Source of the DNA: Octopus sinensis
Taxonomy: Eukaryota
Assembly (NCBI RefSeq): GCF_006345805.1
Contig: NW_021835619.1
Coordinates: 1 to 39,919 of the forward strand
Direction of reading: 5' to 3'
Length of the DNA stretch: 39,919 nucleotides
Translations under genes and position numbers: made by a program
The notes under the pieces: model-generated
Told to the model about the DNA's origin: nothing
What the model saw: the letters and a program-made list of their open reading frames with translations, nothing else
Databases searched by the model: none
Shown here: positions 1 to 12,112 of the stretch, piece by piece
Layout: each line of letters begins with the position of its first letter
Numbering within the stretch: position 1 is the first letter of the stretch

Positions 1-527
1 ATAGAAGGGTAGATAGGCAGAAAAAATAGAAAAGGGCGGGGGAAGAAAAATCGATTATAGAAGTTTTTATAAAGATTTTTTTTTCTTTCTATTTCATCCA
101 TTTATCGATCCCCCTCCCCCACCAAGAAAAAAAAAGAAAGAAAAAATCTAGAAATAGATGAAAGGCAAAGTTGAACTCGTCCAGATTCGAACTCGTACCG
201 GAAAGAACACCACAATACGTTTATATCCGATCATCTAACGACTCTGCTAATTCGCCAGGATTGATCAGGACGTTGACATCCTTTTCTAAGTAGGGCACTG
301 GCTACATTCTTAATCCCTACTGCTACGTTGCGGAAATGAAACCGAAAGCCGCTCTTCTTGTACGTGAACTTAGAAGTCTCAAAGTGATGCGACTAAAGGC
401 GGAAAAGAAAAACAAGGGGGTGGGGCAGACAGGTGTCCATCTGAACCATCAATAATAACGGTTATAAATTTTGAAATAAACTAGTAGAAGGGGCTAAGGA
501 AAGTCAATTCTATCGACTCTTATACTT

Positions 528-757
528 GGCGAGCTGGCAGAACCGTCAGCACGCCGGGCGAAATGCTTAGCGGTATTTCGTCTGCCGTTACGTTCTCAGT
601 TCGAATTCCGCCGAGGTCGACTTTGCGTTTCATCCTTTCGGGGTCGATAAATTAAGTACCAGTTACGCACTGGGGTCGATATAATCGACTTCTTAATCCG
701 TTTGTCTGTCCTTGTTTGTCCCCTCTGTGTTTAGCCCCTTGTGGGTAATAAAGAAGC
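528..757 (+). mobile_element. tRNA-derived SINE, family A (head + core + tail 1)
   Basis: A-box-like TGGCAGAACCG and B-box-like GTTCGAATTCC, then core TTTCATCCTTTCGGGGTCGATAAATTAAGTACCAG and tail ...TTAGCCCCTTGTGGGTAATAAAG. More than 10 homologous copies occur in the window. Confidence 0.9.
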
Positions 758-770
758 ATATGCTTGCCTC

Positions 771-915
771 GTACTTTTATTATCGACCCTGAAGGATTAA
801 AGGCAGAGATGAGCCCGGCGGAATTTCAACGTAAATTGCGCGAACATAAATACGGACGAAACACTACTAGGCATTTTTGTCCGGCGTCCAAACGATTCGG
901 TCAGCTCTCTGCCTT
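771..915 (-). mobile_element. Degraded SINE family A (head and core)
   Basis: Reverse-strand match to the family A head and core (TTATCGACCCTGAAGGATTAAAGGCA...AAACGATTCGGTCAGCTC). Confidence 0.7.
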
Positions 916-935
916 TAAACCATATAACAACAACA

Positions 936-1315
936 ATAGGCGCAAGAGTGGTTGTGGGGTAAGTAGCTTGCTTACCAACCACATAGGTCCGGGTTCAGTC
1001 CCACCGCGTGACACCTTGGGTAAGAGTCTTCCATTATTGTTTCGGGCCGACCAAAGCCTTGTGAGTGGATTTGGTAGACATATATGTATGTGTGTGTATG
1101 TTTGTCCCCTCCCCACAACATCGCTTGACAACATTTGCTGGTGTGTTTACGTCCCCCGTAACTTAGCGGTTCGGCAAAAGAGACCGATAGAATAATAAGT
1201 ACTATGCTTACAAAGAAGAAGTCCTGTGGTCGATTTGCTCGACTACAGGCGGTGCTCCAGCATGGTCACAGTCAAATGACTGAAAGAGCAAAATAATAAT
1301 AATAATAATAATAAT
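936..1315 (+). mobile_element. tRNA-derived SINE, family B, with (AAT)n tail
   Basis: Head ATAGGCGCAAGAGTGG...GGGTTCAGTCCC (B box), CCTTGGG core, internal (TA/TG)n, and 3' GGCGGTGCTCCAGCATGG...AAATGACTGAAA. Many copies in the window. Confidence 0.9.
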
Positions 1316-1385
1316 GGCCACAGATTTTCATAAATAAATACGACTCCTCTATGAGTGGCATGTCAGGTGTGGAGAGGCACTTACT

Positions 1386-1390
<5 letters not shown>

Positions 1391-1434
<44 letters not shown>
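1391..1434. repeat. (GA)n microsatellite
   Basis: Direct reading of the sequence. Confidence 0.95.
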
Positions 1435-1437
<3 letters not shown>

Positions 1438-1890
1438 CGTGTGTTGAAAAAATGCTATGTGGCAATAAAATGCTTCGGTTGATCTACTCCTCAACGCAAA
1501 CAAGCCATTTTTTGGCCTATCAATAAATGAACCCTTCTCTATTTTCTAGGTCCCAGAACCCTGAAAATCGAAAATAAACGTCAATTGGTCTTATCAGTAC
1601 CAGAAAAGTGATTTTCTAGCGGTTGATGAAATAAGAAGGGGTCAGTTCGTGATGTCAACACACATTCACTCGCACATCGAACATAAATAACGATGAAGCG
1701 AGTGGGGCGGACGGTGGTGGCGTCATTTCAATCTGTGGTCTGTCTCTAAGACAGGATGGAGATATATATTTACGCGCTGTGTGTGTACGGGCACAGAACA
1801 AAGAGAAAGAAAGAGAGAGTGCTTGCTTTTCTTTTCTACAAAATTGATGTAAAATTATCGCTTTTTTTTCCATTCATCAGAATTTGCTTC

Positions 1891-2317
1891 GGATCTTTTC
1901 GGTTTGAACGGCAGTTTTTCTAGCGGTGTCATATGAAATTGTCACCCATAATTATAACCCTAGAATCGATCTATTGAATTTCAATCTCTTTTAGGGTTAG
2001 GGTGGGTTAGGGTTAGGGGTGAGGGAAGGGTATCTTTTTTCTTCAGAAATGTGAATAAACCCAATCTGTTTCTTAAATAGAGGGACATATTCATACGGCA
2101 TAGAATGCTTTTTACCTCAATAGACGTCAGTGATTGGCTGAAATTGCAGAAATTGAAGAAAAAAAACAACAAATATCTCAGAAAGGATATGGAATTTCCT
2201 CAATAAAGCCAAGAGAAAAAGATGTTTTATAAACACATTCTACCAGTATACAAAGTTTAAAATTTTTTAGTTACCTAGAAATTATGATAAAAACTGCCGT
2301 TCAAACCGAAAAGATCC
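1891..2317 (+). mobile_element. Non-autonomous TIR element (MITE), copy 1
   Basis: Perfect 29 bp terminal inverted repeats GGATCTTTTCGGTTTGAACGGCAGTTTTT / AAAAACTGCCGTTCAAACCGAAAAGATCC, internal TTAGGG run, no ORF. Two more copies at 6206 and 15038. Confidence 0.9.
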
Positions 2318-2929
2318 GCAAACTTGTTTAAGAACACAGTTTTAAATTAAATAAACTTGTAAAAATTTATGACACCCTACCTGATAAGAGTCGAGGCCTT
2401 CGTGAAAGTGTGTTATTGAGGCGTTTTTCCCTAATTCCTCTGTGGTTTTGTGTGTTGGCATTAAGTAAGGTCTTTAGAAGCCAGTATCCGATGTAGCGTC
2501 AGTCACGTATGTATGTTTCTGAAAGAAAAGGAAGTAAAGAAAAATTAACATTTTTTTGTAAAAGTCAGCCATTTATGTCGCAAGACAAAACCCATATATG
2601 ACAGTAAACCCAACAGAAGGACATATTGAAAAATACTGAATTTTGTCTTCGTATGTTCTTTCAACATCTGCAGTACGTTTTATCGACTGGGGTTTTACAA
2701 TCACATCTATTGTAAAAATAATATCAACAACAAGAAAAATAATTCTTTCTACTACAGACACACGGTGCGACATTTTGAGGGAAGGGGACAAGACGACTGA
2801 ATCACCGTCAGTTCTAAAATGGCGCTTTATTCTATCGATTCGAAAAGGATCAATGATAGCATCAATCGCAACGGAATTCGAACTCGGAACGTAATAACGG
2901 ACAAAATGCTGCTAAACGCTAACAACCAA

Positions 2930-3141
2930 CAATGGCTGTTTCAAATTTTGGCACAAGGCCAGCAGTTTCTGGAGGAAAGAGAAAGTCAACTTCATCAATC
3001 CCAAAGCACAACTGGTACCTATTGATAAACATGAAAGGCAAAGTCGACTACGGCGGGATTTGAACTCAGAACGTAAAGATGGAGGAAATGCCGCTAAGCA
3101 TTTCGTCCGGTGCACTAACGATTCTGCCAGCACACCACCTT
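2930..3141 (-). mobile_element. SINE family A with tail 3
   Basis: Family A head and core on the minus strand, ending in ...GGCCTTGTGCCAAAATTTGAAACAGCC. Confidence 0.75.
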
Positions 3142-3159
3142 AACAACAACAACTGCCAC

Positions 3160-3434
3160 AAGGGCTGCAATTTTGGGAGAGTAAATGAATCGAGCATATC
3201 GACCCCAGTGCATAACTGGTACTTATTTTAATCGACCCCACAAGGAGCTAAACATAGAGGGGACAAACAAAGACAGACACACAGATTTAAGTCGATTATA
3301 TCGACGCCAGTGCGCAACTAGTACTTAATTTATCGACCTCGAAAGGATGAAAGGCAAAGTAGACCTCGCCGGAATTTGAACTCAGAACGTAACGGCAGGC
3401 GAAATACCGCTAGGCATTTCGCCCGGCGTGCCAA
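3160..3434 (-). mobile_element. SINE family A with partly duplicated core
   Basis: Head, core and tail 1, followed by a second partial core (GGGGTCGAT...AAGTACCAGTTATGCACTGGGGTCGAT). Confidence 0.8.
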
Positions 3435-3945
3435 ATATAACGACGATGATGATGACGAGGCACAAAGCCAAAATTTTTGGGAATCATCGATTACATTTCC
3501 TTTCAGTTACTAGACCAATACTTGTAAGTTATCTGTCGCGGAAGGATGAAAGACGAATTTATTTTATTTTATTTATATTTGAAACAGTGTTTCAAATATA
3601 TAAATGGTACTTAGCGGAAATATCCATTCTTCTAAGAAGGTAAAATAAAAATTAAAAAAAAAAAAAACATCTCTCTTAACATGCAGCGAACTCCATAATT
3701 TCCACTAAATAATTGCTCCCTTCTTGTCAGCTCACAACGTACCCCAACGGAGAGCCATCACAGTTAGTTAGGGACTACTTAATTAGATCGACTGAGACCC
3801 AGACCAGAAGTTCTCAATAAAGGTCCATATAAGTTTTCCCTAAAAAAAAATAATCTTTTTTAAATGGACAAACCATTGCTAGAAAAGAATATCTCCACAC
3901 CTTAAATGCTTCAGATCAGAAGTGAATCGGAACAAAAACCTTATC

Positions 3946-3947
3946 GT

Positions 3948-4017
<70 letters not shown>
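3946..4017. repeat. Compound (GCA)n(GTA)n trinucleotide repeat
   Basis: Direct reading; it is the source of the poly-Tyr/Cys ORF at 3916-4131. Confidence 0.95.
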
Positions 4018-4139
4018 CGATAGATCAAATGGGAACTTATGACCCCAGCAATTGTCAAACAGACACAGTAACGTATTAATTACAAACACAGATATAAAAA
4101 CAAAAAATAGTTTTAAAAAATTATATATCACCGCCGTTT

Positions 4140-4245
4140 AAGCCGGTAGACTAGTTGGCACGCCGCGTTAAGTGCTTAGCGGCATTTCGTCCGTCGCCAC
4201 GTTCTGAGTTCAAATTCCGCTGAGGTCGACTTTGCCATTCGTCTT
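4140..4245 (+). mobile_element. SINE family A 5' fragment
   Basis: GCTTAGCGGCATTTCGTCC...GTTCTGAGTTCAAATTCCGCTGAGGTCGACTTTGCC, truncated into an (ATC/ATT)n repeat. Confidence 0.75.
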
Positions 4246-4345
4246 CATCATCACCATTATTATTATTATCATTATCACCATCATCATCATCATTATTATT
4301 ATAATATTCGCAAGCTTTACGTGCTACTGTTCTTCCATAATACAC

Positions 4346-4358
4346 GTACAAGTGTCAG

Positions 4359-4415
<57 letters not shown>

Positions 4416-4562
4416 CATACATACATACATACATACACACATATATATATATACATATACACATACATATATACATACATATATATATATACATACACAC
4501 ACACAGAAGTATACATAATATACACATACGCATATATATACGCAGACACACACACACACACA
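4346..4562. repeat. Mixed (TA)n/(CA)n/(CATA)n microsatellite
   Basis: Direct reading of the sequence. Confidence 0.95.
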
Positions 4563-4840
4563 CCTACCTACACGCCTTGTTGAGCCTGTCATGTATTCTA
4601 TCAGTCGAATATTGCTGTTATCCAAAACTACTAATCGTTGAGCATTAAAAAACAAACAAAAGAAAACAAGCAAAAAAAAAAAAAAAACCAGTACACAGGC
4701 ATGTATCATCTGAGTGTGTGTCTGTATCTGCATGAACACACACACACATGTCCTACTAAATGTCTATACATATATGCATACATATTACAATAAGTCACTG
4801 GGTATGCATCTTATTACTTTTTTATATACCATTATTATTA

Positions 4841-4880
<40 letters not shown>

Positions 4881-5406
4881 CCTAGCTTCTTATACGTCTT
4901 ATTTAGCTATTTATCCTACGGTACATCATTGTAACAAATCTAGTTTGACAAGCGTTTCATGTTCACTATACAGAAAAACACACATATATACATATCTATT
5001 TGAGCATACACAAACACACACAGATATATATATATATGGACACACACACACACACGCACATATATGTGTATGTAGATGCATTATACAAACGAGTTGCTAT
5101 TAATATTTTCCATTGATGAGCGATTTTCAAAGCGTGTTTGTACCAACTCAATAATTACACACACACACACACACACACACGAACGTTCTGTGCCAATCTC
5201 TCTCTCTCTCTCCCTTTCTGCGCTAACTTGCTTCTTACACATGTCAGTATTAACACACACACACACGTGTTTGCCATGTCAATTTACATTAGCGCATAAA
5301 TGTACAATTTATAATATATCTACTACGTGTTTATAAACACGTTTATATACACATATGAATGCATAACGAATAATTATTAGCAGTACTGGACATAAAATAT
5401 ACATTC

Positions 5407-5443
<37 letters not shown>

Positions 5444-5727
5444 TTATCAGCATCACCATCATCGTAGTTTCTGAGCTTACACGAATCACAATTCACTGAC
5501 GTATTTTTTCCCAAGGCTGGGTTGCCCATGCTGTCGCCAACCCTCACCCGTTACAAATTCAGGTATCACCAAAAGGCAAGATGCGTTTTCAACGAAGATT
5601 GGAAATACACGAAACCGCTTTATATTACGACGTCACTAAGTTTACAAGTAACACGTGATAACATGACAAGGATAGACACACACACACACACAACACACAC
5701 ACACACATATATATACACTGCATGTAT

Positions 5728-6139
5728 AGAAAAGCTGCAGACGCTCGACCTTTATTCTCTAGAGAAACGACGACGACGTGGTGATCTCATTCTTGCTCAC
5801 AACATCATAAGCGGAAAGTGTAACCTCTCGAAAGAGCTGTTCTTCACTCCTGCTCCAGAGCGTCGGCTGCGGGATCACTCCGAAAAGCTCTATCTGCGAC
5901 GATTTCATCTCAATCGAAGGAGAGGGGCTATCTCCGTCCGGGTTGCGGATCCGTGGAATAAGCTGCCGGACGAGATAGTGAAGATGCCGACGACCGCTCG
6001 GTTCAAAGTCTCTTTTGACCAGAAATGGCCTGAACTCTTTGCATAATTCTGTACATAATTCTATGTCCCCCTACATGGCCTTGCTTTTTGCTTTTTGAGC
6101 CAAAAAATTAACTTAATTAACTTTAACTTACCTATTACA
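5728..6139 (+). mobile_element. 5'-truncated CR1-clade LINE (C-terminus of ORF2 + 3' UTR)
   Basis: Translation LQTLDLYSLEKRRRRGDLI...RDHSEKL...RRGAISVRVADPWNKLPDEIV...FKVSFDQKW matches the CR1 post-RT C-terminal pattern (SLE.RR.RGDLI, RGH..KL, WN.LP, FK..LD). Short TAACT-type tail repeats follow. Possible 7 bp TSD CATGTAT at 5721-5727 and 6140-6146. Confidence 0.85.
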
Positions 6140-6205
6140 CATGTATGACTGTTTAAAATAATGGGAAAAGAATTCCATTCATAAAACGGGGTGTATACAT
6201 GATTA

Positions 6206-6597
6206 GGATCTTTTCGGTTTGAACGGCAGTTTTTTCTAGCAGTGTCATATGAAATTGTCACCCATAATTATGACCCTACAATCGATCTATTGCATTTCAA
6301 TCTGTTTTAGAGTTAGGGTTAGGGGTGGGGGAAGGGTATCTTTTTTTCTTCACAAATGTAAATAAATTTAATCTGCTTCTTAAACGAGGGACGGCACAGA
6401 ATGCTTTTTTTTTTTACCTCAATGGACGTCATTGATTGGTTGAAATTGCAGAAATTGAAGGGGAAAAAAACACCAAATATCTCAATAAAGCCAAGAAAAA
6501 AATATGTTTTATAAACATTCTACCAGTATACGAAGTTTAAAATGTTTTAGTTACCTAGAAATTATGTTAAAAACTGCCGTTCAAACCGAAAAGATCC
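6206..6597 (+). mobile_element. MITE copy 2
   Basis: Same 29 bp TIRs and collinear interior as 1891-2317. Confidence 0.9.
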
Positions 6598-7095
6598 CAA
6601 AATCGATCCAAATGCATGACCGGTATCTTGGCTTTATCGCCGCCCCCACTTGTAGATGAAAAGCATAAAGCAAACTATTGTTTTTTTTTTACCTCAAAGA
6701 TATGCATACAAAATGGCAGGGGGGGGGGGGGGAACGAACCAAGGACGAAACGCTTTTTGTTCGTAAATGGGTCTGATAAAACCCGATGGCCTGGGCATCA
6801 ATGCTCGAAGCACTATTCATTCTGCAGTCGGTTGGATCCGGGCTGACCCGGTCCTAAACAACAGCACCGCATAGAATAAGGGGTTCCTGAGAGAATCCAC
6901 AAAACGCGCTGCCTATTCAGTCATTACAGGCATCTCAACCGCATGGGCATCGAACACACTGGACGCCATCATCATCATAATCACAAGTTTTTGAAGAACT
7001 GTGACGCGTAGGTTTACTTCCCAGCAAACATTGAACCTCGTTGCTATGGTTTTCTCTCTTGCCCTACCACCCCACGCCTCTCCTATCCTTTCCAT

Positions 7096-7148
<53 letters not shown>

Positions 7149-7253
7149 AATATTCAGACATGTGTCCGTTCTACTTATATGCATGTATTTATTTATACAT
7201 ATATATCTAAACAGGCACACATCCATACACACATAAGCGTGTGTATGTATGTA

Positions 7254-7556
7254 TATCACCGTGACCGACCAGGCTATCAGATGTTGCTACACATCGCTGG
7301 TCACAATGCGCTTCACATTGTTTTAGCCTTCAAATGACGCCACCCCTGGCTAAGCGAGCATGCCAACAGAAGAAAGAGTGAGAGAAAGTTGTGGCGAAAG
7401 AGTACAGCAGGGATCGCCAACACCCACTGCCGGAGATTCGTGGAGCTTTAGGTGTTTTCGCTCAATAAACACTCACAACGCCCGGTCTGGGAATCGAAAC
7501 CGCGATCCTACGACCGCGAGTTCGCTGCCCTAACCACTGGGCCATTGTACCTCCAC
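7254..7556 (-). mobile_element. tRNA-derived SINE, family C
   Basis: Minus strand has A box TGGCCCAGTGG and B box GGTTTCGATTCCC, a unique body, and 3' end ...GCCTGGTCGGTCACGGTGATA. It does not fold as a complete tRNA. Confidence 0.8.
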
Positions 7557-7581
7557 ATGCATGTATATATATATATATATA

Positions 7582-7875
7582 TATTACTCATTTACTTGTT
7601 TCAGTCATTTGACTGTGGCCATGCTGGAGAACCGCCTTTAATCGAGCAACTCGACACCAGGACTTATTCATTGTAAGCCTAGTACTTATTATATCGATCT
7701 CTTTTGCCGAACAGCTAGGTTGCGGGGACGTAAACACAAACATCAGTTGTCAAGCGATGTTGGGGGAGGCAAACACAACACACGAACATACATATATATA
7801 CATATATACGTCGGGCTTCTTTCAGTTTCCGTGTGGTAAGCAAGCTACTTACAACACAGCCACTCCTACGCCTAT
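7582..7875 (-). mobile_element. SINE family B with internal deletion
   Basis: Head joined directly to ACGGAAACTGAAAGAAGCCCG; 3' half complete. Confidence 0.85.
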
Positions 7876-7876
7876 A

Positions 7877-7932
<56 letters not shown>

Positions 7933-8849
7933 TATTATATAGTTTATTTAAAACCAGCTGAAATAAACAAAGCTGCTACTCAGTTTTCACATTCCCGTTC
8001 GCCGGACTGCGTGCGTGCGTGCGTGCGTGTGTGCGTGCGTGCGTGCGTGTGTGTGTGTGTGTGCAGCGTGCGAGCTTGTTTGTGTATGTATCTTTACAAC
8101 CAGCAGAAATGCATGCATACACATTCCTATATACACAAATTCACACACGTACATAAATATATATATACACACACACATATAGATATATGCATAAACGCAC
8201 ACATATACACACACAAATTCATATATATATATATATATATATAGTGTGTGTGTATGTATATGTAAACACACGCACACACACGACACAGAAATTCACACAC
8301 GTACATACATATTTACAAACGCATGCGCAGACACGAATACACACACACACACACACACACACACATTTATATACATACACACGTGTACAAGTACGTAGGT
8401 GTTTTACATATACACCCGCGGAAGTGTTTTGGATGCCTACTAAGGAATTAGTTGAGAAAGAACTCAATAGGCAGTCGTAGGTAAAATGGCCGCGAGTGGG
8501 GACTGAAAGGGTAAGAACTTCGCTCGCCATCGACACGGTGACGGTTTCGGGTTCAATCACACCGCTCGGGACCGTGGGCAAGCGTCTTTTACAATAAACT
8601 TGGATTGGTCGCACTAGCGCAGCTAGGGTGTGTGCTGCCCGGGGCGGCCCTTCCGCTTGCCAACCCCGAACCTCCCAAAGTGTGGCCCCTTTAAAAGTGA
8701 TGCCCGGGACGTCCTATTCCCCATCCCCCGTGATCGACCAATGCTTTGTAAATGAATTAGGTTCACGATATTTGGGCCATTCTATGACACAACCATGAAG
8801 GGGGTTTTTGTCGAATGAATCCACCCCATTGCCGATTTTTACATTTTTG

Positions 8850-9520
8850 TTTTGCTTAAGCCGGGTATTTATTCTATCGGAGTCTTTTGCCGAACCGCTA
8901 CGTTACGAGACGTAAACAAACCGATACGGTTGTCAAGCAGTGGTGAGGAATAAAGGCAAAAAATACACAAAAACATACATACATAGGACAGGCTTCTTCC
9001 AGTTTCCGTTTTCTAAAAACCACCCCTTACGAAGATTTCGCCGGTCCGGGGCCAGGGTACAAATGTAGCGGAGTCTGAATCTGTAACCATGTGGATGAGA
9101 AACTAAAACTTCCTACCAGGCAACTACGACCGGTGTGTGTGTGTGTTTGTGTTTGTGTGTGGTGTGTGTGTGTGTGTTGTGTGTTGTGTGTGTGTGTGTG
9201 TCTGTCTGTCACAGACTTGTTACATTCTGTCACGCTGAATTTAGTGGAAAACTACGCGTCTGCGGAGAACTCAGCCACTTTCGCCGAATCGCCATACTGT
9301 TGTCAAGCATTGGTAGGGAGCGAACTCAAAAGTTCACACAGACAGAGATCCATAGACACACATACATACGATAGGCTTCTTTCAGTTTCCATCTTGTAAA
9401 AAACCAACCAGCATACATTCAAAGATTTTTACCGCCCGGGGGCCGAGGTAATAAACGTCGCGGAGGCCTGAACCCGGAACCACGTGGATGAAAAGTAAAA
9501 CTTCCCCAACAGGCAACAAC
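8850..9520 (-). mobile_element. Two tandem, heavily diverged SINE family B copies
   Basis: Recognisable fragments (TCTTTTGCCGAACCGCTA, GGTTGTCAAGC, AGGCTTCTTTCAGTTTCC, GAACCCGGAACCACGTGG) repeat twice in order. Confidence 0.65.
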
Positions 9521-9524
9521 GACC

Positions 9525-9569
<45 letters not shown>

Positions 9570-9753
9570 TGAGCAAAGCGACCATAACTGTAAACGGTCC
9601 GTGTTATGGATTTGAAGAACAAAGACGAACGAACGCTATATTAAGTATAAGAGAGGAGATAAACAGTTGATTTATTGTAATTATCTTAGCTTCCAGTGAA
9701 GGGAGATCAATCGCTTTCTCGCTACTGGTACCAAGCCCAACGCGCGCAAAGAA

Positions 9754-9790
9754 ACACACACACACACACACACACACACCACACACACAT

Positions 9791-9823
<33 letters not shown>

Positions 9824-9832
9824 CACACATAC

Positions 9833-9865
<33 letters not shown>

Positions 9866-9937
9866 TATATATACACACACATATATATATATATATTATA
9901 CATACACACACACATATATACATACACATATATATAT

Positions 9938-9970
<33 letters not shown>

Positions 9971-10309
9971 CACACATATATATATACATACACACATATA
10001 TATATACATACACACATATATATATACATACACACATATATATACATACACACATATATATACACACACACACATATATACACACACACACACATATATA
10101 TACACACACACACCACACACATATATATATATATACACACATACACATATATATATATATATATACACACATATATATACATACACACATATATACACAC
10201 ACACACACACACACATAGACAATGTACACAAGCTTTTAGACATGCATATGCGTACACATACACATGTATATACATACACACACAAACACGTATATAGTAC
10301 TCAAGCACT

Positions 10310-10342
<33 letters not shown>
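9754..10342. repeat. Long mosaic (CA)n/(TA)n array followed by (TG)n
   Basis: Direct reading; source of several 130-230 aa spurious ORFs. Confidence 0.95.
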
Positions 10343-10344
<2 letters not shown>

Positions 10345-10935
10345 GCCGTAGCATTATGGTTCCGAAAAATACGTGACCATTAGAAGAAATAGACGGAATC
10401 GATTTATTCGATTCCAACGTTCCAAAGCGCATGCCCCAGCATGGCCGCAGTGGAGCGAAATATACGCACCCACGCATGCACACACACACAACACACACAC
10501 ACACACACTTACCTGCATACACAAGAGAATACAAATGAGTGTGTGAGTGAGTGAGTGAGTGAGTGTGTGTGTGTGGTGTGTGTGTGTGTGTGTGTGTGCG
10601 AACACGCATCTACTCCGGCAGAGCTATTCAAGCATCGAATAGAATTCCGATGCATCGGCTCCAAGTTCAATTTCCGTTAAGGTCAAATGTTTTCTATCCA
10701 ATTGGGGGGTCGATAAATAAAAGACCGATTCTGTATTAAATGGAATTGCTACACCTCCTGATGGAATTCTTGACGGTTCATCATATTAAGGGATTTTGCC
10801 AATGGTGTAGACAGAAGGGAAAGTACATGTTTGGATTGGTTAACCTTTGATAACCTTTCAAGAAAAAAAACCTGAACCGAAATGCTTTAAGGGTTAATAC
10901 TCAGCGTGTCTTATAAATAGTGACAAATGTTTATA

Positions 10936-11262
10936 TGGCCATGCTGGAGCACCATCTCTAGTTGAACAAATCGACAACAGCACTTATTCTTTGTAAACCT
11001 GCTACATATTCTATCGGTCTCTTTTGCCGAGCCGCTATCCTATGGGTACGTAAACACACCAACATCGGTTGTCAAGTGATCGTGAGGGTACAAACACAGC
11101 CACACACATACGACGGGCTTCTTTCAGTTTCCGTCTACCAAATCCACTCACAAGGCTTTGGTCGGCCCGAGGCTATAGCAGAAGACACTTTGCCCAAGGT
11201 AATACGCAGTGGGACCGAACCCGGAACCATGTGGTTCGTAAGCAAGCTACTTACCACACAAC
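10936..11262 (-). mobile_element. SINE family B
   Basis: Near full-length reverse match to 936-1315 and 20500-20900. Confidence 0.85.
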
Positions 11263-11493
11263 CTCTCAGCTTTCTATTCATTTTTCTTCATTTTTTCTGT
11301 ACCTTTTAAAGATTCTCAAAGGTTACATAGATGAAGTTATAGATAGCGGCAGGAAAAAAGTGGGCCATTATCGATAGCTTTGAGTCGGTCGCGAAATTAA
11401 AAAAAAAAAAAACATTATTTCACGGTCTCTCGAAAGTTTAAGAAATTCTTATGATGTTATCACTGCCAGGTGTGTGAGTGTTTTGCAGATGTA

Positions 11494-11817
11494 TTCTTTT
11501 ACTCGTTTCAGTCATGTTGATCGCGGCCTTGCTGGCGGGTCGAACAATTCGACCCCAGGACTTTTCTTTGCAAGCCTAGTAGTGCTTATTCTATCGGTCT
11601 CTTGTCGAACCGCTAACTTACGGGAATGCAACCACACCGACATAGGATGTCAAGCGATGGCGGTGGGGGAAAAACACAGACAAACACACACATTATATAT
11701 ATATATATATTATACGACGATTTTCTTTCAAATCCACTCACAAAGCTGTGGTGAACCCGAGGCTATAGGACACAGTTGCCCAAAGTGCCAGGAAGAGGGA
11801 CCGAACCCGGAACCTAC
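11494..11817 (-). mobile_element. SINE family B, 5'-truncated
   Basis: Reverse match from the tail (TTCTTTTACTCGTTTCAGTCAT) up to the B-box region. Confidence 0.8.
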
Positions 11818-11996
11818 CTGGACACTCAGTAGTGTATTCCGTCAGTAACAACAGGGTAATGGTTCGAGCATACATCAACATGGATTTATAGCTTATTTAG
11901 TCGCTGTTTTTAATACATGGGCGCACGTATGTATGTATGAATGTATGTATGTATGTCTCAACCATGGCCTGACCGAATTTTAAATGTTTTCCACAG

Positions 11997-12112
11997 TTAC
12001 CCGAGGGGAAATATGGAATATATGGTTTCTCGATACCAAATCACAAATGGTTTTTAACTATTATTGATTACGTCGTGGTAGAGCCATCTCATTCTGGGGT
12101 CAACATACGCAC
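11997..12112 (+). other. Candidate internal exon (116 nt, phase 0 to 2)
   Basis: Acceptor TTTTAAATGTTTTCCACAG, donor CAC|GTGAGT. One frame is open throughout (LPEGKYGIYGFSIPNHKWFLTIIDYVVVEPSHSGVNIR); the other two contain stops. No homolog recognised. Confidence 0.35.

Noticed and set aside
901-1134. Recurrent peptides such as RLPNPLTRLWSAR and GTEPGTMWLVSKLLTTQP seen in many ORFs (also 11069, 17616, 18082, 20429, 38592)
   Set aside because: They come from SINE family B copies and are not a paralogous gene family.
1990-2020. TTAGGG repeats as a telomere or chromosome-fusion scar
   Set aside because: Only a few units, and they are an internal part of the MITE in all three copies.
2378-2428. 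CTGATAAG...GTGAAAG, a possible second hammerhead
   Set aside because: Core G8 is missing and stems II and III do not pair convincingly; at best a decayed Penelope end.
2573-2850. Minus-strand frame containing IFLVVDIIFTIDVIV, reminiscent of the S2 helix of CNG/KCNH channels
   Set aside because: The following NFRT-type motif is absent, there are no convincing splice sites, and no other channel exons were found.
5522-6046. 174 aa ORF as a host gene
   Set aside because: It is a chance fusion of unique sequence, a (CA)n tract and the CR1 ORF2 C-terminus.
7480-7556. tRNA-like sequence with A and B boxes (also the heads of families A, B and D)
   Set aside because: No complete cloverleaf or acceptor stem; each continues into a SINE body.
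9604-10376. Long ORFs of 129-234 aa (CVCV, YIYI, THTH rich), with similar ones at 4232-4745, 18803-19515, 21851-24956 and 27085-29282
   Set aside because: These are stop-free translations of dinucleotide microsatellites, with no protein-like complexity.
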